Of a DNA stretch of 64,000 bases, positions 28,597 through 38,569 are shown in pieces (the first letter of the stretch is position 1; the number at the start of each line of letters is the position of its first letter). Source of the DNA: Candidatus Pacebacteria bacterium GW2011_GWA1_46_10 (GTDB lineage Bacteria > Patescibacteriota > Microgenomatia > UBA1400 > PJMF01); NCBI GenBank assembly GCA_001002135.1, contig LCLP01000001.1, positions 361,114 through 425,113 of the forward strand, read 5' to 3'. The translations under genes were made by a program, and so were the position numbers. Under the pieces are notes generated by a model. That model saw nothing but the letters and a program-made list of their open reading frames with translations. It was not told the origin of the DNA and did not search any database.

Positions 28597-29274
28597 ATGC
28601 AGGTAATAATTTTTACGTTGTTTCCGCAGTTTTTTGATTCAGTCTTGAAAACTTCGATCTTAGGCCGGGCGGTGCGCAACCAGCATTTGACAGTGGCAGT
28701 GGTTAACATTCGCGATTTTACGACTGATAAGCATAAAACCACAGATGACCGGCCGTATGGTGGTGGACCGGGGATGGTGATGAAAGTGGAGCCGATTGAT
28801 CGGGCACTGAAAAATTTTAAGTTAACCAAGGGCACTCCAGGCGAGAGAATCATTCTCACTTCAGCCAAAGGAACAATGTTTACCCAAGCTATCGCCCGTG
28901 ATTGGCAATCACTCAAACGAATCGCTCTCATTTGTGGTCACTATGAGGGGGTTGATGAACGAGTAGTCCAACAGTTGATTGATGAAGAAATTCGGATTGG
29001 TGATTATGTGTTAACTGGTGGTGAGCCGGCCGCGGCCGTCATGATTGACGCGGTGGCTCGTCTGATACCTGGTGTGTTGGGCAATGAATCCAGCAATGTC
29101 GATGAATCGCACAGTCTACCGGGCAAAATGGGACACCCGCAGTACACTCGACCTGAAAACTACCAAGGGTGGAAAGTGCCACCGGCACTTTTGACTGGTC
29201 ACCACCAGCAAATTGGTGAATGGCGAGTGCAACAGCAGCAAAAACAAGACCGCTCATATGGCAGAAAAACGTGA
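28597..29274 (+). CDS. trmD: tRNA (guanine37-N1)-methyltransferase
   Basis: MQVIIFTLFPQFF..., RPYGGGPGMVM, ICGHYEGVDERV match TrmD. Confidence 0.9.
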   Translation: MQVIIFTLFPQFFDSVLKTSILGRAVRNQHLTVAVVNIRDFTTDKHKTTDDRPYGGGPGMVMKVEPIDRALKNFKLTKGTPGERIILTSAKGTMFTQAIARDWQSLKRIALICGHYEGVDERVVQQLIDEEIRIGDYVLTGGEPAAAVMIDAVARLIPGVLGNESSNVDESHSLPGKMGHPQYTRPENYQGWKVPPALLTGHHQQIGEWRVQQQQKQDRSYGRKT

Positions 29275-29605
29275 TGATAGAGAAAAAAATCAGCCAAGAA
29301 CCGCTGAAACGGTCTTGTCGGCTATTACCGATGCTTATCGAAGACAGCATCAACTGACAGAAATTTCTGAAGAAGTTGTTGAGGACGTTATCAAATCGAT
29401 CGCCAATCTTTATATGGAAGCAGCCATGATCGGCGTGCCACACAAAGAAGTTATGCGGGCTGCTCTCCGCGGCATGCCAAGAGGGGCGCAGCGGGCTTTT
29501 TTTCGAGAGCTAGAGGAAAAATATATTTATCAAGTAAATAGGCGGGTTAGCAACAGACTTACTCCGGAGGATCTGTTTGAACTGAAACAAGAATTTGTTC
29601 TTTGA
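29258..29605 (+). CDS. hypothetical protein
   Basis: About 115 aa, charged and helical. Overlaps the trmD 3' end. The track start 29213 lies inside trmD. Confidence 0.3.
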   Translation: MAEKRDDREKNQPRTAETVLSAITDAYRRQHQLTEISEEVVEDVIKSIANLYMEAAMIGVPHKEVMRAALRGMPRGAQRAFFRELEEKYIYQVNRRVSNRLTPEDLFELKQEFVL

Positions 29606-29612
29606 CGGCCAA

Positions 29613-30488
29613 TTAAATTTGTATTGCCGCAATCGCTTCATCGATCGTTTTTGGTGTGAAGTCTAAGACTTTATTGAGTTTGGCTGTACTCATGGCAGTA
29701 TTGCGCTGATACGGGCGCGCCGATTTAACTAAGTATGCTTCAAGGTCGCCCTTTTGGATCTCTCCGCCAAGCTTAAGAGTCCGATTGATGAGCTTGGCAA
29801 ACTCGTAATCAGTCCATTGTTCGCCGCTTGAAGCGTGATACAGACCAGCAAGCTGAGTCCGGACCACCAAGTCAAGTACCTTACTAAAATCATTGAGATA
29901 GGTGGGACCAAAGAAGTGGTTGGTAAATTGTGGGTATAGGGTGCCATCTTGAATGCCGGTGATAATGCGATGAACCGTGTCTTTTTTTTCAAAAGGATCG
30001 GAGCGGAATGGCATGTCGATGCGCAGAATGGTCCAAGGAGTGGTTGATTGTTTGACGATTTCTTCGGCTAAATATTTGGTTTTGCCATACCACTCAATTG
30101 GATTGGGGGTGTCTTCTTCGGTGTAGAGTGCTTTTTTCTCACCGTCAAAAACGTAGGCAGTGGAAACATAAACAACGTGTTTTTTGGTGGCTTCGGCCGC
30201 TTTGATAATATTTTCCGTACCGACCACATTGACCTGGTAAGCCACCCCGCGGGTGTCATCAGTTTGTTGCCAGGCACCGGTGACGTCGGTGTAGGCGGCT
30301 AAGTGAATAACGTGGGTGGCCGGTGAATTATCAAACCGTCCGAGGACTTGCTCGTATTGGGTAATGTCGGTTGGTTGTGTAAGATCACGCAGGTCGAGGT
30401 TATCAAACTCATAGCTGTCGGCAAAATCGAGCGCAAAACGAGAACCGACCAAGCCATTTAGGCCAGTGGTAAGAAGAGGAGTTTTCAT
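29613..30488 (-). CDS. rmlD: dTDP-4-dehydrorhamnose reductase-like SDR (RmlD family)
   Basis: VIHLAAYTDV, YVSTAYVFDG, YGKTKYLAEE, GLYHASSGE and WTDYEFA are collinear with RmlD. Confidence 0.6.
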   Translation of the reverse strand: MKTPLLTTGLNGLVGSRFALDFADSYEFDNLDLRDLTQPTDITQYEQVLGRFDNSPATHVIHLAAYTDVTGAWQQTDDTRGVAYQVNVVGTENIIKAAEATKKHVVYVSTAYVFDGEKKALYTEEDTPNPIEWYGKTKYLAEEIVKQSTTPWTILRIDMPFRSDPFEKKDTVHRIITGIQDGTLYPQFTNHFFGPTYLNDFSKVLDLVVRTQLAGLYHASSGEQWTDYEFAKLINRTLKLGGEIQKGDLEAYLVKSARPYQRNTAMSTAKLNKVLDFTPKTIDEAIAAIQI

Positions 30489-30498
30489 CCAGCCTTTC

Positions 30499-31284
30499 TT
30501 ACAGTGCTATTTCTTCGCCTACTAAGTTGAGTAGAGCCTGATTCACCCAACGATTGGCTAACCATGGCACAACGGTGGCAAAGCCCTGTGAGAGAGCGTT
30601 GGCGTCGAAACGGAGGTCGCCGGTCAATGGTCGAGGATCGGCGCCGATTTTTTGGTAGGTTTGTTTTTCGTGGTCAACCGCCAAAGTATAAGCGTAGTAC
30701 TTTTTGTAGGCACGCTTGGCTGGCGCACAGATACGTAGGGCGGCCGGTTTTTTGTCGGGAAGATTAAAATTGAGTAGTTCTCCTCCCCACAGATCATTGG
30801 TGAAAGCTAATTCAATTAGTTTTTTGAGTGTTTGAGTGGGGTAAGCTCGGAACTGAGACAGCGGCACGTCGCTGGCCGTTTTGTCCCACAATGATTCTGG
30901 GACACGCCAACTAAACACCAGCGCTCTCTGGGCGATGGCTTTATCCAAAGCTTGTTCGGCCGCCCCCATGGTGCCTGAAGCTGGGATTGAACCGACGTTG
31001 GAACCCATATTCATGCCTGAGAAAACGTAGTCAAAGTCACTGCCAAACAGTTCTCCAGCTAACTCAGTGGCATCTGCTGGCGTGCCGCTGACCCACACTC
31101 CCTCAATGCCATCAACCGCTGCCTTGTCCCACCGGCCTTTACCGGGAAAACTGCCGCCGGTGGAGCTTTGTTGCACTTCTGGGGCCGCAAAATACACTTC
31201 GTCAAATAAATCTTTGATCACGCTGATTAACATCCTAAACCCAAGCGCCTGATAACCGTCGTCGTTGGTCAATAAAACTTTCAT
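30499..31284 (-). CDS. surE: 5'/3'-nucleotidase SurE
   Basis: MKVLLTNDDGYQALG, AAPEVQQSSTG, VSGTPADA, FSGMNMGSNVG...SGTMGAA match SurE. Confidence 0.7.
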   Translation of the reverse strand: MKVLLTNDDGYQALGFRMLISVIKDLFDEVYFAAPEVQQSSTGGSFPGKGRWDKAAVDGIEGVWVSGTPADATELAGELFGSDFDYVFSGMNMGSNVGSIPASGTMGAAEQALDKAIAQRALVFSWRVPESLWDKTASDVPLSQFRAYPTQTLKKLIELAFTNDLWGGELLNFNLPDKKPAALRICAPAKRAYKKYYAYTLAVDHEKQTYQKIGADPRPLTGDLRFDANALSQGFATVVPWLANRWVNQALLNLVGEEIAL

Positions 31285-31302
31285 GAAGAAAACTTTCTCG
31301 CC

Positions 31303-32325
31303 TTAGGCATTATCTTGATAATGTTCGGTGAAATAGGCTTTATTATCGTGCTTGAGTTTTTGCCACCACTCTAAATTATCCTGATACCACTCAATAGTTT
31401 TTTGCAAACCTTCTTCCAGAGTGACACTCGGTGACCAGCCCAGTTCATCATGAATTTTGGTCCAATCAATGGCGTAGCGTCGGTCGTGCCCAGGACGGTC
31501 TTTGACGTGTTCAATGCGACTTTCGGGTTGACCCATCATTTTGAGAATCATTTTCGAAATTTCTAAGTTGGAAATATCTTTGGTCAAGCCGCCAACCAAG
31601 TAAGTCTGACCAACCTTGCCATCGGTCAGTACCCGGTCAATGGCGGTACAGTGATCGTAAACATACAGCCAGTCACGCACATATAGGCCATCACCATAGA
31701 CCGGAATTTTTTCGTTTTCAATCAAATTAGTAATGGTCAGCGCGATGAATTTTTCCGGGAACTGATAAGGGCCGTAGTTGTTGGAGCAGTTGGTAATAGT
31801 GTAAGGCAAGCCGAAAGTGGTACCGTAGGCGCGCACCAGGTGATCTGAGGCCGCTTTACTAGCTGAGTAGGGGCTGTGTGGGTTGTAGGGAGTGGTTAAG
31901 TCGAATTTGTTTGGTGTGTTGAGTGGCAGGGCCCCAAAAACTTCGTCGGTTGAGATATGGTGAAAACGTTTAATAGTGTGTTTGAGGGCTGCTTCCAACA
32001 GCACGTGGGTACCGATGACGTTGGTTTCCAAAAAAATCTCCGGGTTTTTGATGGAGCGATCAACGTGTGACTGCGCGGCAAAGTGCACCACTATGTCTAC
32101 ATCATCCATGATTTTATGAACCAACTCTTTGTCACGAATGTCACCATGAGTAAATGTGTAGTTTGGTGAGCTTTCAATTTTTGTCAGATTCTCTAAATTG
32201 CCGGCATAGGTCAAGGCATCAAGGTTGATGACTGTGTCATTGGGGTGTGTGTGGAGCCAATAGTGAATGAAATTGGCGCCGATAAAACCGGCTCCGCCGG
32301 TCACCAACAGTGTTTGTTTTGTCAT
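31303..32325 (-). CDS. rmlB: dTDP-glucose 4,6-dehydratase
   Basis: LVTGGAGFIGANFIHYWL...INLDALTYAGNLENL and a YSASKA catalytic motif. Confidence 0.9.
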   Translation of the reverse strand: MTKQTLLVTGGAGFIGANFIHYWLHTHPNDTVINLDALTYAGNLENLTKIESSPNYTFTHGDIRDKELVHKIMDDVDIVVHFAAQSHVDRSIKNPEIFLETNVIGTHVLLEAALKHTIKRFHHISTDEVFGALPLNTPNKFDLTTPYNPHSPYSASKAASDHLVRAYGTTFGLPYTITNCSNNYGPYQFPEKFIALTITNLIENEKIPVYGDGLYVRDWLYVYDHCTAIDRVLTDGKVGQTYLVGGLTKDISNLEISKMILKMMGQPESRIEHVKDRPGHDRRYAIDWTKIHDELGWSPSVTLEEGLQKTIEWYQDNLEWWQKLKHDNKAYFTEHYQDNA

Positions 32326-32496
32326 GTTTGGTCAAGCTTCATTTGTAATTGAGTGTTTTTTTGTCGTTCTACTTCTAAAGCAGAGCGGTAGTATCCCGCC
32401 AGCAAAGCAAGCACGACCACTCCCACCATTAAGAGGCGTATCACCACTACCGGTGGAATGGGTTGAGGAAGTTTGCCCAACATGTTTTAAAGTATA

Positions 32497-33651
32497 TCAA
32501 TTCTGGCTAAAAAAGGCTTGGTAAATCTGGTTGACGAACTTTGCTTGGTCCGGGATGATGTAAACCCACTGATTTTGGTAGCGGCGCGAAATAGGAGGGT
32601 TGTCGATGACGCCATTGACAGGATCATCATCGATGTCTGTCAGTTGGTGACTGTGAAAGGTGATTGGGTTTAGTGCTTGAAAAAGGGCTTTGGCCGTACT
32701 GACTAATTCAAAAAGTGGCAATACTTGGCCAAAGTTTTGCTCGTAAAAGCGAAACACCTCACCGGCTATTTTTGGTTGAGCGATTAGTAGTTTCGGGTTG
32801 GTTAATTGAGCAATCACAGCCTCAATCACTTGCTGTTGACGCGCGCCGCGGGCTAGGTCGTGACCCTGCTCATCTTCACTATGACGACTGCGAATATACT
32901 GGATGGCTCGCTCACCAGTGAGGAGCTGTTCTCCAGCCTGGAAAGTAACGGTTTCATACAGGATAGCGGGGTTACGTTCAGTGGTAATATCAACCCCGGC
33001 GCGCGGGTACTGAGTGTCGGTAAAACCTTGGGCGACTTTGATCTTTACCCCACCAATTAAATCAATCAACGTTTTCAGTTGATCAAGTGATAAAACTACG
33101 GTGTGATGGATAGGTAGATCAGTTATTTCAGTCAGCACTTCTTGAGGGAATCGTTCAGGCTTGTCTGGATACCGGTCAAGGCCGTACGTTAAAAGAGCAT
33201 TAATCTTGGTTTGGTAGGCTTCACTCCACAAGTCTCTGGGAAGGGGGAGGGTGTTAATCTTGCCATGCTGAAAATCAATTGAGACAAGCATCATGGTATC
33301 GGTCAACGGCGGCACGTCGCCGCGCTCAGTAGTAGAGTCGGTTCCCAATACCAGTAGATTTTTGGAGCCATTGTCGGCTACCGGTGCTGTTTGCCAGCCC
33401 AATTTGACTTGACTGATAAACTCACTTTGGCTGATGCCTGCCGCCGATAAAAACTGTCGGAAGCGGCCATAGCCCCACAAACCCAGGGTCAGAGCGGTAA
33501 TCAACAGCATCACTGCGGCAATGCCGATAGCCAAAAAACTGGTTTGCCAAAACAGCGTCCAAAGTGAGAGCTCAGACTGGAGAGAAGTTGAGGCAGTCGG
33601 TTTTTCGCTCTCCAGCAGTTTTTTCTTCGCGTTGACGTTGGACTGTTTCAT
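32497..33651 (-). CDS. LytR-CpsA-Psr (LCP) family glycopolymer phosphotransferase
   Basis: N-terminal TM anchor then the LCP core LLVLGTDSTTERGDVPPLTDTMMLVSID...NTLPLPRDLW. Confidence 0.8.
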   Translation of the reverse strand: MKQSNVNAKKKLLESEKPTASTSLQSELSLWTLFWQTSFLAIGIAAVMLLITALTLGLWGYGRFRQFLSAAGISQSEFISQVKLGWQTAPVADNGSKNLLVLGTDSTTERGDVPPLTDTMMLVSIDFQHGKINTLPLPRDLWSEAYQTKINALLTYGLDRYPDKPERFPQEVLTEITDLPIHHTVVLSLDQLKTLIDLIGGVKIKVAQGFTDTQYPRAGVDITTERNPAILYETVTFQAGEQLLTGERAIQYIRSRHSEDEQGHDLARGARQQQVIEAVIAQLTNPKLLIAQPKIAGEVFRFYEQNFGQVLPLFELVSTAKALFQALNPITFHSHQLTDIDDDPVNGVIDNPPISRRYQNQWVYIIPDQAKFVNQIYQAFFSQN

Positions 33652-33711
33652 GCTCTGCCCAGCATTGTAACAAAAACTGATCAGTGCTTGGGTTCTGAGC
33701 CTGAAATAAGC

Positions 33712-33717
33712 TACAAT
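33712..33717 (+). promoter_or_regulatory. candidate -10 hexamer (TACAAT, inside TACAATAGG) 6 nt upstream of GTG 33724
   Basis: gcTACAATAGGggtGTG. The same TACAATAGG nonamer precedes ATG 41293. Confidence 0.25.
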
Positions 33718-33723
33718 AGGGGT

Positions 33724-35502
33724 GTGCAGCGGTTAAAAAAACTGGTTCCACTGTATTTTTTGATGTTGATCTTTTTGGCCTCGTCGTGGTCGCTCTTGGT
33801 GCCGAAGTTTTTTCGAGTTCATGACTACACTCATGCCGGCCGGATTGTAGAGATGGCAAAGGCTTTAGGTGATGGTCACTTTCCCGTCAGATGGACCCAG
33901 AATTTTGGCTATGGGTATGGTATGCCGTTGTTTGAATTTTATGGTCCGCTGCCGTTTTATATTGGCGCGGTGCTGTTTTGGTTGGGGTTGAGTGCGGTGG
34001 GGAGTATTAAGATACTCTATTTGATTGCCAACGCCGGCACGGCTTGGGGTGGCTATTTGCTTGGTAAACGTTTTTATGGTCGCAGTGGCGGTTTAATCAC
34101 CGCAGCAGCTCTGACTCTGGCGCCGTACCGGGCTCTCAATTTGTTTGTGCGCGGTGCGCTGAATGAAACTTGGGCGATCATGTTTTTTCCTTGGATACTA
34201 CTGGGTGTGGTGCAGATTTTTCACCGCGAGAAACGTGGTTGGCTGTTGTTGACTCTTTCACTGACCGGCCTGTTTTTGTCGCATAATATTATGACGTTAC
34301 TTTTCCTACCTGTTTTGGTATTGTTTATACTGGGTGATTTAGGGCAACTTATTTATCGGCGAGTGCCGGAACTGTATCGCCGAACACAGTTTCGTTGGCG
34401 CAATTTTTCGCGGATGGTAGGTGAACTGATCGGCGGCGGCTTACTGGCAGTGGGGTTATCAGCCTTTTACTTGTTTCCCGCTTATTTGGAGAAGAACCTC
34501 ACCCAAGTGGAATCGGTGATTTTAAGTCCTTATTTTGATTATCGACTGCACTTTCTGTATATCCGGCAGTTTTTCAACCCCCGTTGGGGTTTTGGTGGCA
34601 GTGGCTGGAGCATTACAGATGATATCTCATTCTTTTTGGGGTGGGGGCAATGGTTGGCAATTGGATTGTTCGTAATTTTATTTCTTAGCAAGCTTTGGCG
34701 TCGGTTGCGTAGCAAACAGCTGACTTTATTTTCTAAGCGCGAGTGGAGCTTGTTGAGTTTAACCGGTGGGTTGCTGATCATGACGCTGTATTTATCGATA
34801 CTCAAATCCCAGTGGGCCTGGGACTTACTGCCCATTTTCAAGTTTGTGCAGTTCCCATGGCGTTGGTTAGGCATCAGTGTTGTTTTTTTGGCACTCGGCT
34901 TGGGAGGAATTACTTGGTTGGTGAAGAAACGATTAATACGAGGATATCTCTCAATGGTGGTGGTGGTGCTCACAGTATTGGGGGCGGTATGGTATTTCCG
35001 CCCAGAAAAATACTTAGCGGATAGTAATCAGTTTTACTATACTGATCCCTCCCTGATTCGACGCGAATTGAGCGGCATCCTGCATGATTATGTGCCGGTC
35101 GGTGTACCTATTCCACCCAGTGTGATTCCCGAAGAGCTGGTTATTAATGAAGTGCCGACCGCGAACGGGAGTTTTGAGGTGTTGGCTGATCGAACTCAAG
35201 AAAAATTGATTCGGACCAATTTTACGGCTGACACTTTATTAAGTTTAGCAGTGGCCGACTATCCAGGTTGGCGGGTAGAGATCGATAACCAGCGCTGGAG
35301 TCGTCAATTAGGCGAGAACGGCAATATCGAACTGTTAGTGCCGGCCGGAAAGCACGTAGTAACGCTGCGTTTTCTTAGTACGCCGATCCGTCAGTTTGCT
35401 GACTGGGCGAGTCTTGCTGCCGGGATTTTGCTCGTCTTTTTGCTGTTGCCAAAAAACCTCCCAGCCCTGAGTAAAGAGCAAAAAAGGAAAGCAAGCCAAT
35501 GA
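33724..35502 (+). CDS. large polytopic membrane protein with C-terminal extracytoplasmic domain (GT-C-like, uncharacterised family); paralog of 57813..59447
   Basis: N-terminal HAGRIVEMAKALGDGHFPVRWTQNFGYGYGMPLFEFYGPLPFY is shared with 57813..59447. At least 10 TM helices. GTG start 33724 inferred; the track's 33688 start is less likely. Confidence 0.45.
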   Translation: MQRLKKLVPLYFLMLIFLASSWSLLVPKFFRVHDYTHAGRIVEMAKALGDGHFPVRWTQNFGYGYGMPLFEFYGPLPFYIGAVLFWLGLSAVGSIKILYLIANAGTAWGGYLLGKRFYGRSGGLITAAALTLAPYRALNLFVRGALNETWAIMFFPWILLGVVQIFHREKRGWLLLTLSLTGLFLSHNIMTLLFLPVLVLFILGDLGQLIYRRVPELYRRTQFRWRNFSRMVGELIGGGLLAVGLSAFYLFPAYLEKNLTQVESVILSPYFDYRLHFLYIRQFFNPRWGFGGSGWSITDDISFFLGWGQWLAIGLFVILFLSKLWRRLRSKQLTLFSKREWSLLSLTGGLLIMTLYLSILKSQWAWDLLPIFKFVQFPWRWLGISVVFLALGLGGITWLVKKRLIRGYLSMVVVVLTVLGAVWYFRPEKYLADSNQFYYTDPSLIRRELSGILHDYVPVGVPIPPSVIPEELVINEVPTANGSFEVLADRTQEKLIRTNFTADTLLSLAVADYPGWRVEIDNQRWSRQLGENGNIELLVPAGKHVVTLRFLSTPIRQFADWASLAAGILLVFLLLPKNLPALSKEQKRKASQ

Positions 35503-37001
35503 TTCAGCCAACCGTGGTTGATACAACCGATGAAGTGGAGGAACTGTTGGGCGATGAGGCACAGATCCAAGAAATTAAGAAGCGGTCTTTGACCGGTGCC
35601 GTATCCTATTTTTTGCGGACGATTTTTCTCCAACTGATTGGTTTGGTAGCCGTCTTTTTACTGAGTGCGTTTTTTACGCCGGCAGACTTTGGTGTTTACG
35701 GGTTTGTGGTCCAGATTATTGGTTTATTGATTTTCTTTTCTGACATCGGCTTGGCGGCAGCCTTAGTACAAAAGAAAAATGAACCAAGCAAAACAGAGTA
35801 CCGGGTAGCGTTTACGGTTCAAAGCTTACTGAGTTTGGGAATTGTCGCAGTGGTCGGGTTATTGTTAGCCTCAGGGTGGGTGCAAAATAAGGTTGGTGAG
35901 GCGGGGACTTGGGTGCTGCTGAGTTTGGCTTTGTCGTTTCCTTTGGCTACTTTGAAAACAATCCCTTCTATTCGCCTGGAGCGAAAACTGCTTTTTAGTA
36001 AATTAGTTGTCCCTCAAGTTTTTGAACAGCTGGTTTTTTATGGTTTGTTGATTGGGTTGGCATGGCAGGGGATGGGAGTAATGGCTTACACTTATGCCGT
36101 GGTAGCTCGCTCAGTGATCGGGGTGATAGTGATGTGGTTGATTGAACCGTGGTTGGAAATTGGTTTTCGCTGGCACGGACCGACACTGCGCTCATTACTT
36201 GGGTTTGGGGTGAAGTTTCAATTCAATGATTTTTTGGCTCGCATCAAAGACCAGCTGTTTTTCTTAGGGCTGGGTGTTTTCTTGCCGCTCGACCAATTCG
36301 GGTATATCCAGTGGGCAAAGAATTGGTCGATGTATCCCTATAACCTGACAGTACAAAATGTTTTAGCCATTACCTTTCCAACCTATTCGCGGCTTCAAGC
36401 TCGAGTTGACCTCTTGCAAAAAGCCATCGAAAAATCACTGTTTTTTATTTCTTTGGCTATTTTCCCGATTTTGACTGGGATGAGCATTTTTATTTGGCCT
36501 TTAACTCAAGTTATTACTCAGTATCGTCAGTGGCAACCGGCGGTTTTAAGCTTTATTTTCTTCACCCTGAGTATCGGGTGGGCTGCATTATCAACGCCGT
36601 TAGTCAACACTTTAAATGCGATTGGTCAGATTAATAAAACTCTTAAATTAATGGGTTTGTGGACTGTTTTGACTTGGGTTCTCACCCCGCTCCTGCTTTG
36701 GCGGCTGGGGTACAATGGGGTGGCATTGGCGGCATTGGTGATTTCGTTTACCTCGGTTTTATCAGTTAAGCTAGTCAAACAGCACGTGCCGGTGCGAATA
36801 ATACCTCAAGTGAGTTTGGCGCTCACTGGCTCTTTAACGATGGCGCTGGTTGGGATCTTTGGCATGGCGTGGTGGTCAAGCAGTCTGAGGCTGTTACTCC
36901 TGGGTATGACAGCCAGTAGTGCCGCTTACTTGGCGGTCATTGGTTTGTTTGGCTGGCAGCGCTTAGTAGCCGAAATTCAAAGTCTCACTGGTCGATCATG
37001 A
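35499..37001 (+). CDS. Wzx-like oligosaccharide flippase (polysaccharide biosynthesis protein, MOP superfamily)
   Basis: 500 aa with about 14 TM helices and no soluble domain. Topology and composition fit PF01943-type flippases. Confidence 0.55.
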   Translation: MIQPTVVDTTDEVEELLGDEAQIQEIKKRSLTGAVSYFLRTIFLQLIGLVAVFLLSAFFTPADFGVYGFVVQIIGLLIFFSDIGLAAALVQKKNEPSKTEYRVAFTVQSLLSLGIVAVVGLLLASGWVQNKVGEAGTWVLLSLALSFPLATLKTIPSIRLERKLLFSKLVVPQVFEQLVFYGLLIGLAWQGMGVMAYTYAVVARSVIGVIVMWLIEPWLEIGFRWHGPTLRSLLGFGVKFQFNDFLARIKDQLFFLGLGVFLPLDQFGYIQWAKNWSMYPYNLTVQNVLAITFPTYSRLQARVDLLQKAIEKSLFFISLAIFPILTGMSIFIWPLTQVITQYRQWQPAVLSFIFFTLSIGWAALSTPLVNTLNAIGQINKTLKLMGLWTVLTWVLTPLLLWRLGYNGVALAALVISFTSVLSVKLVKQHVPVRIIPQVSLALTGSLTMALVGIFGMAWWSSSLRLLLLGMTASSAAYLAVIGLFGWQRLVAEIQSLTGRS

Positions 37002-38569
37002 AACTGCTTATTCGTTTTAGATGGAAGTATTTTGGCTTGATAGGAGTGTTGGGTTTACTGCTCGGAGGTTGGTTTTTTGGTCGGTTTATTGATGAGCAAG
37101 AAAACATGGTCGGCGGTTGGCTGATTGCCCAAGGTTGGGTGATCTACCGTGATTTTTTTCTCCACCACACCCCACTCCCGTACTTTATTTCTTCACTTTT
37201 ATTTATGATTGGCCAACCAATGGGCTGGTGGTGGCGAGCGGTGACACTACTGTATGTCTTGATGGTAGGTAGAGTTATTTGGTCCAATGCTGACCATCAA
37301 CTACAACCATCGATAATTTTAACTGGTTTACTGCTGGGTTTGGCGGCGCCGAGACTGAATCTCAATATGTACTTGGCTGATAGCTTTTTTGCAGTGTCAT
37401 TCTTAGGGAGTGTTATTTTGTTGTGGCAGTATTGGCAGTTTCGGCCAGCGCGCTTTCATTTCACCCTCAAATGGTTGTTGTTTTTCTGGTTTGTCAGTGG
37501 CTGGTCAACGATTGTAGCTGTGCCGCCTTTTTTAGTATTATTGGCGATTTTATTTGGGCTTGAGTACCGACGAAAAAAAAGTTGGCTTACACTGTGGCAG
37601 GCCAGCCGGAAACCACTTGGCTGGTTTCTTGGTTTGGTGAGTATTTTTCCGCTTTATTTCTGGTTGAGCGGGGCACTGAACGATTTTGTTTGGTCGACCG
37701 TAACGTATAACCAGCAATATTACTTCCCGCTCCGCTTGGCAGAAACCGCAGGCGAGCGGCAGTGGGGGGCTTTTTACTACTCGTATCTAAGGTTCGGCTC
37801 ACTGATTATTGAGCAGGGGAGACTTATTTTTCAAACGGCGCTCACTTTTTTACAAACTCTTGGTGGAATGATGTTGGCGGTTAGTTTGATCTTGATAGCT
37901 CAACTCACTCGGTTATTGCTGGTTTGGTTGACCACCCCAGTCACTACCTTGGCGGCTGATGCCTTGACTGTTTTGGCAGTGGGGTGGTGGGCAATAGCGC
38001 TCAGTTTACTTTGGCGTCAAAGGTGGCAACTGCTGTTGGTGATGTTTGTTTTGTCTGGATTGTTGTATATGAGAAATAACGAGGTTTTTCACCTCTCGGT
38101 TTTATTTCTGACCCTTTTTTGGTTGATTAGTTTTTGGTGGGTGAGTAGTTGGCAGCAACGACGGTTACCACGAGTGTTTTTTTGGAGTTTCGTTTTACTG
38201 GTTATTATCACTTACTTTGCACCAAGTTACCTTGAACACGTACGTCATCGTTTCCCGATTATTACTCCAGCCCAACGACAACAGGCTCAGCGAATTAAGA
38301 CCCTTTCTCAGCCTGGGGAAAAGTTGCAAGTAGTTGGTGGCGATTTGACGTACTATTGGCTCAGTAACCGACTGCCAGCAGGGGAGACTATCATTTATTA
38401 TCCTTGGTTCCAGCCGGTCGAGCGAATTCGTCAACCGTTGTTGACGACACTGACGGAACAAACAGCGCAGCTAGTAATTTTGGCAGAGCCGTTTGATCGG
38501 GAACTAGTAGAAATACTCGAAACAAATTATAGTAAGAAAGAGCAGGGGCTATATCAACCTTTAAAATAA
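36998..38569 (+). CDS. polytopic membrane protein, putative GT-C-like glycosyltransferase (family unassigned)
   Basis: 523 aa with many TM helices and a C-terminal soluble tail. Shares an ATGA overlap with the flippase gene. Confidence 0.4.
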   Translation: MKLLIRFRWKYFGLIGVLGLLLGGWFFGRFIDEQENMVGGWLIAQGWVIYRDFFLHHTPLPYFISSLLFMIGQPMGWWWRAVTLLYVLMVGRVIWSNADHQLQPSIILTGLLLGLAAPRLNLNMYLADSFFAVSFLGSVILLWQYWQFRPARFHFTLKWLLFFWFVSGWSTIVAVPPFLVLLAILFGLEYRRKKSWLTLWQASRKPLGWFLGLVSIFPLYFWLSGALNDFVWSTVTYNQQYYFPLRLAETAGERQWGAFYYSYLRFGSLIIEQGRLIFQTALTFLQTLGGMMLAVSLILIAQLTRLLLVWLTTPVTTLAADALTVLAVGWWAIALSLLWRQRWQLLLVMFVLSGLLYMRNNEVFHLSVLFLTLFWLISFWWVSSWQQRRLPRVFFWSFVLLVIITYFAPSYLEHVRHRFPIITPAQRQQAQRIKTLSQPGEKLQVVGGDLTYYWLSNRLPAGETIIYYPWFQPVERIRQPLLTTLTEQTAQLVILAEPFDRELVEILETNYSKKEQGLYQPLK

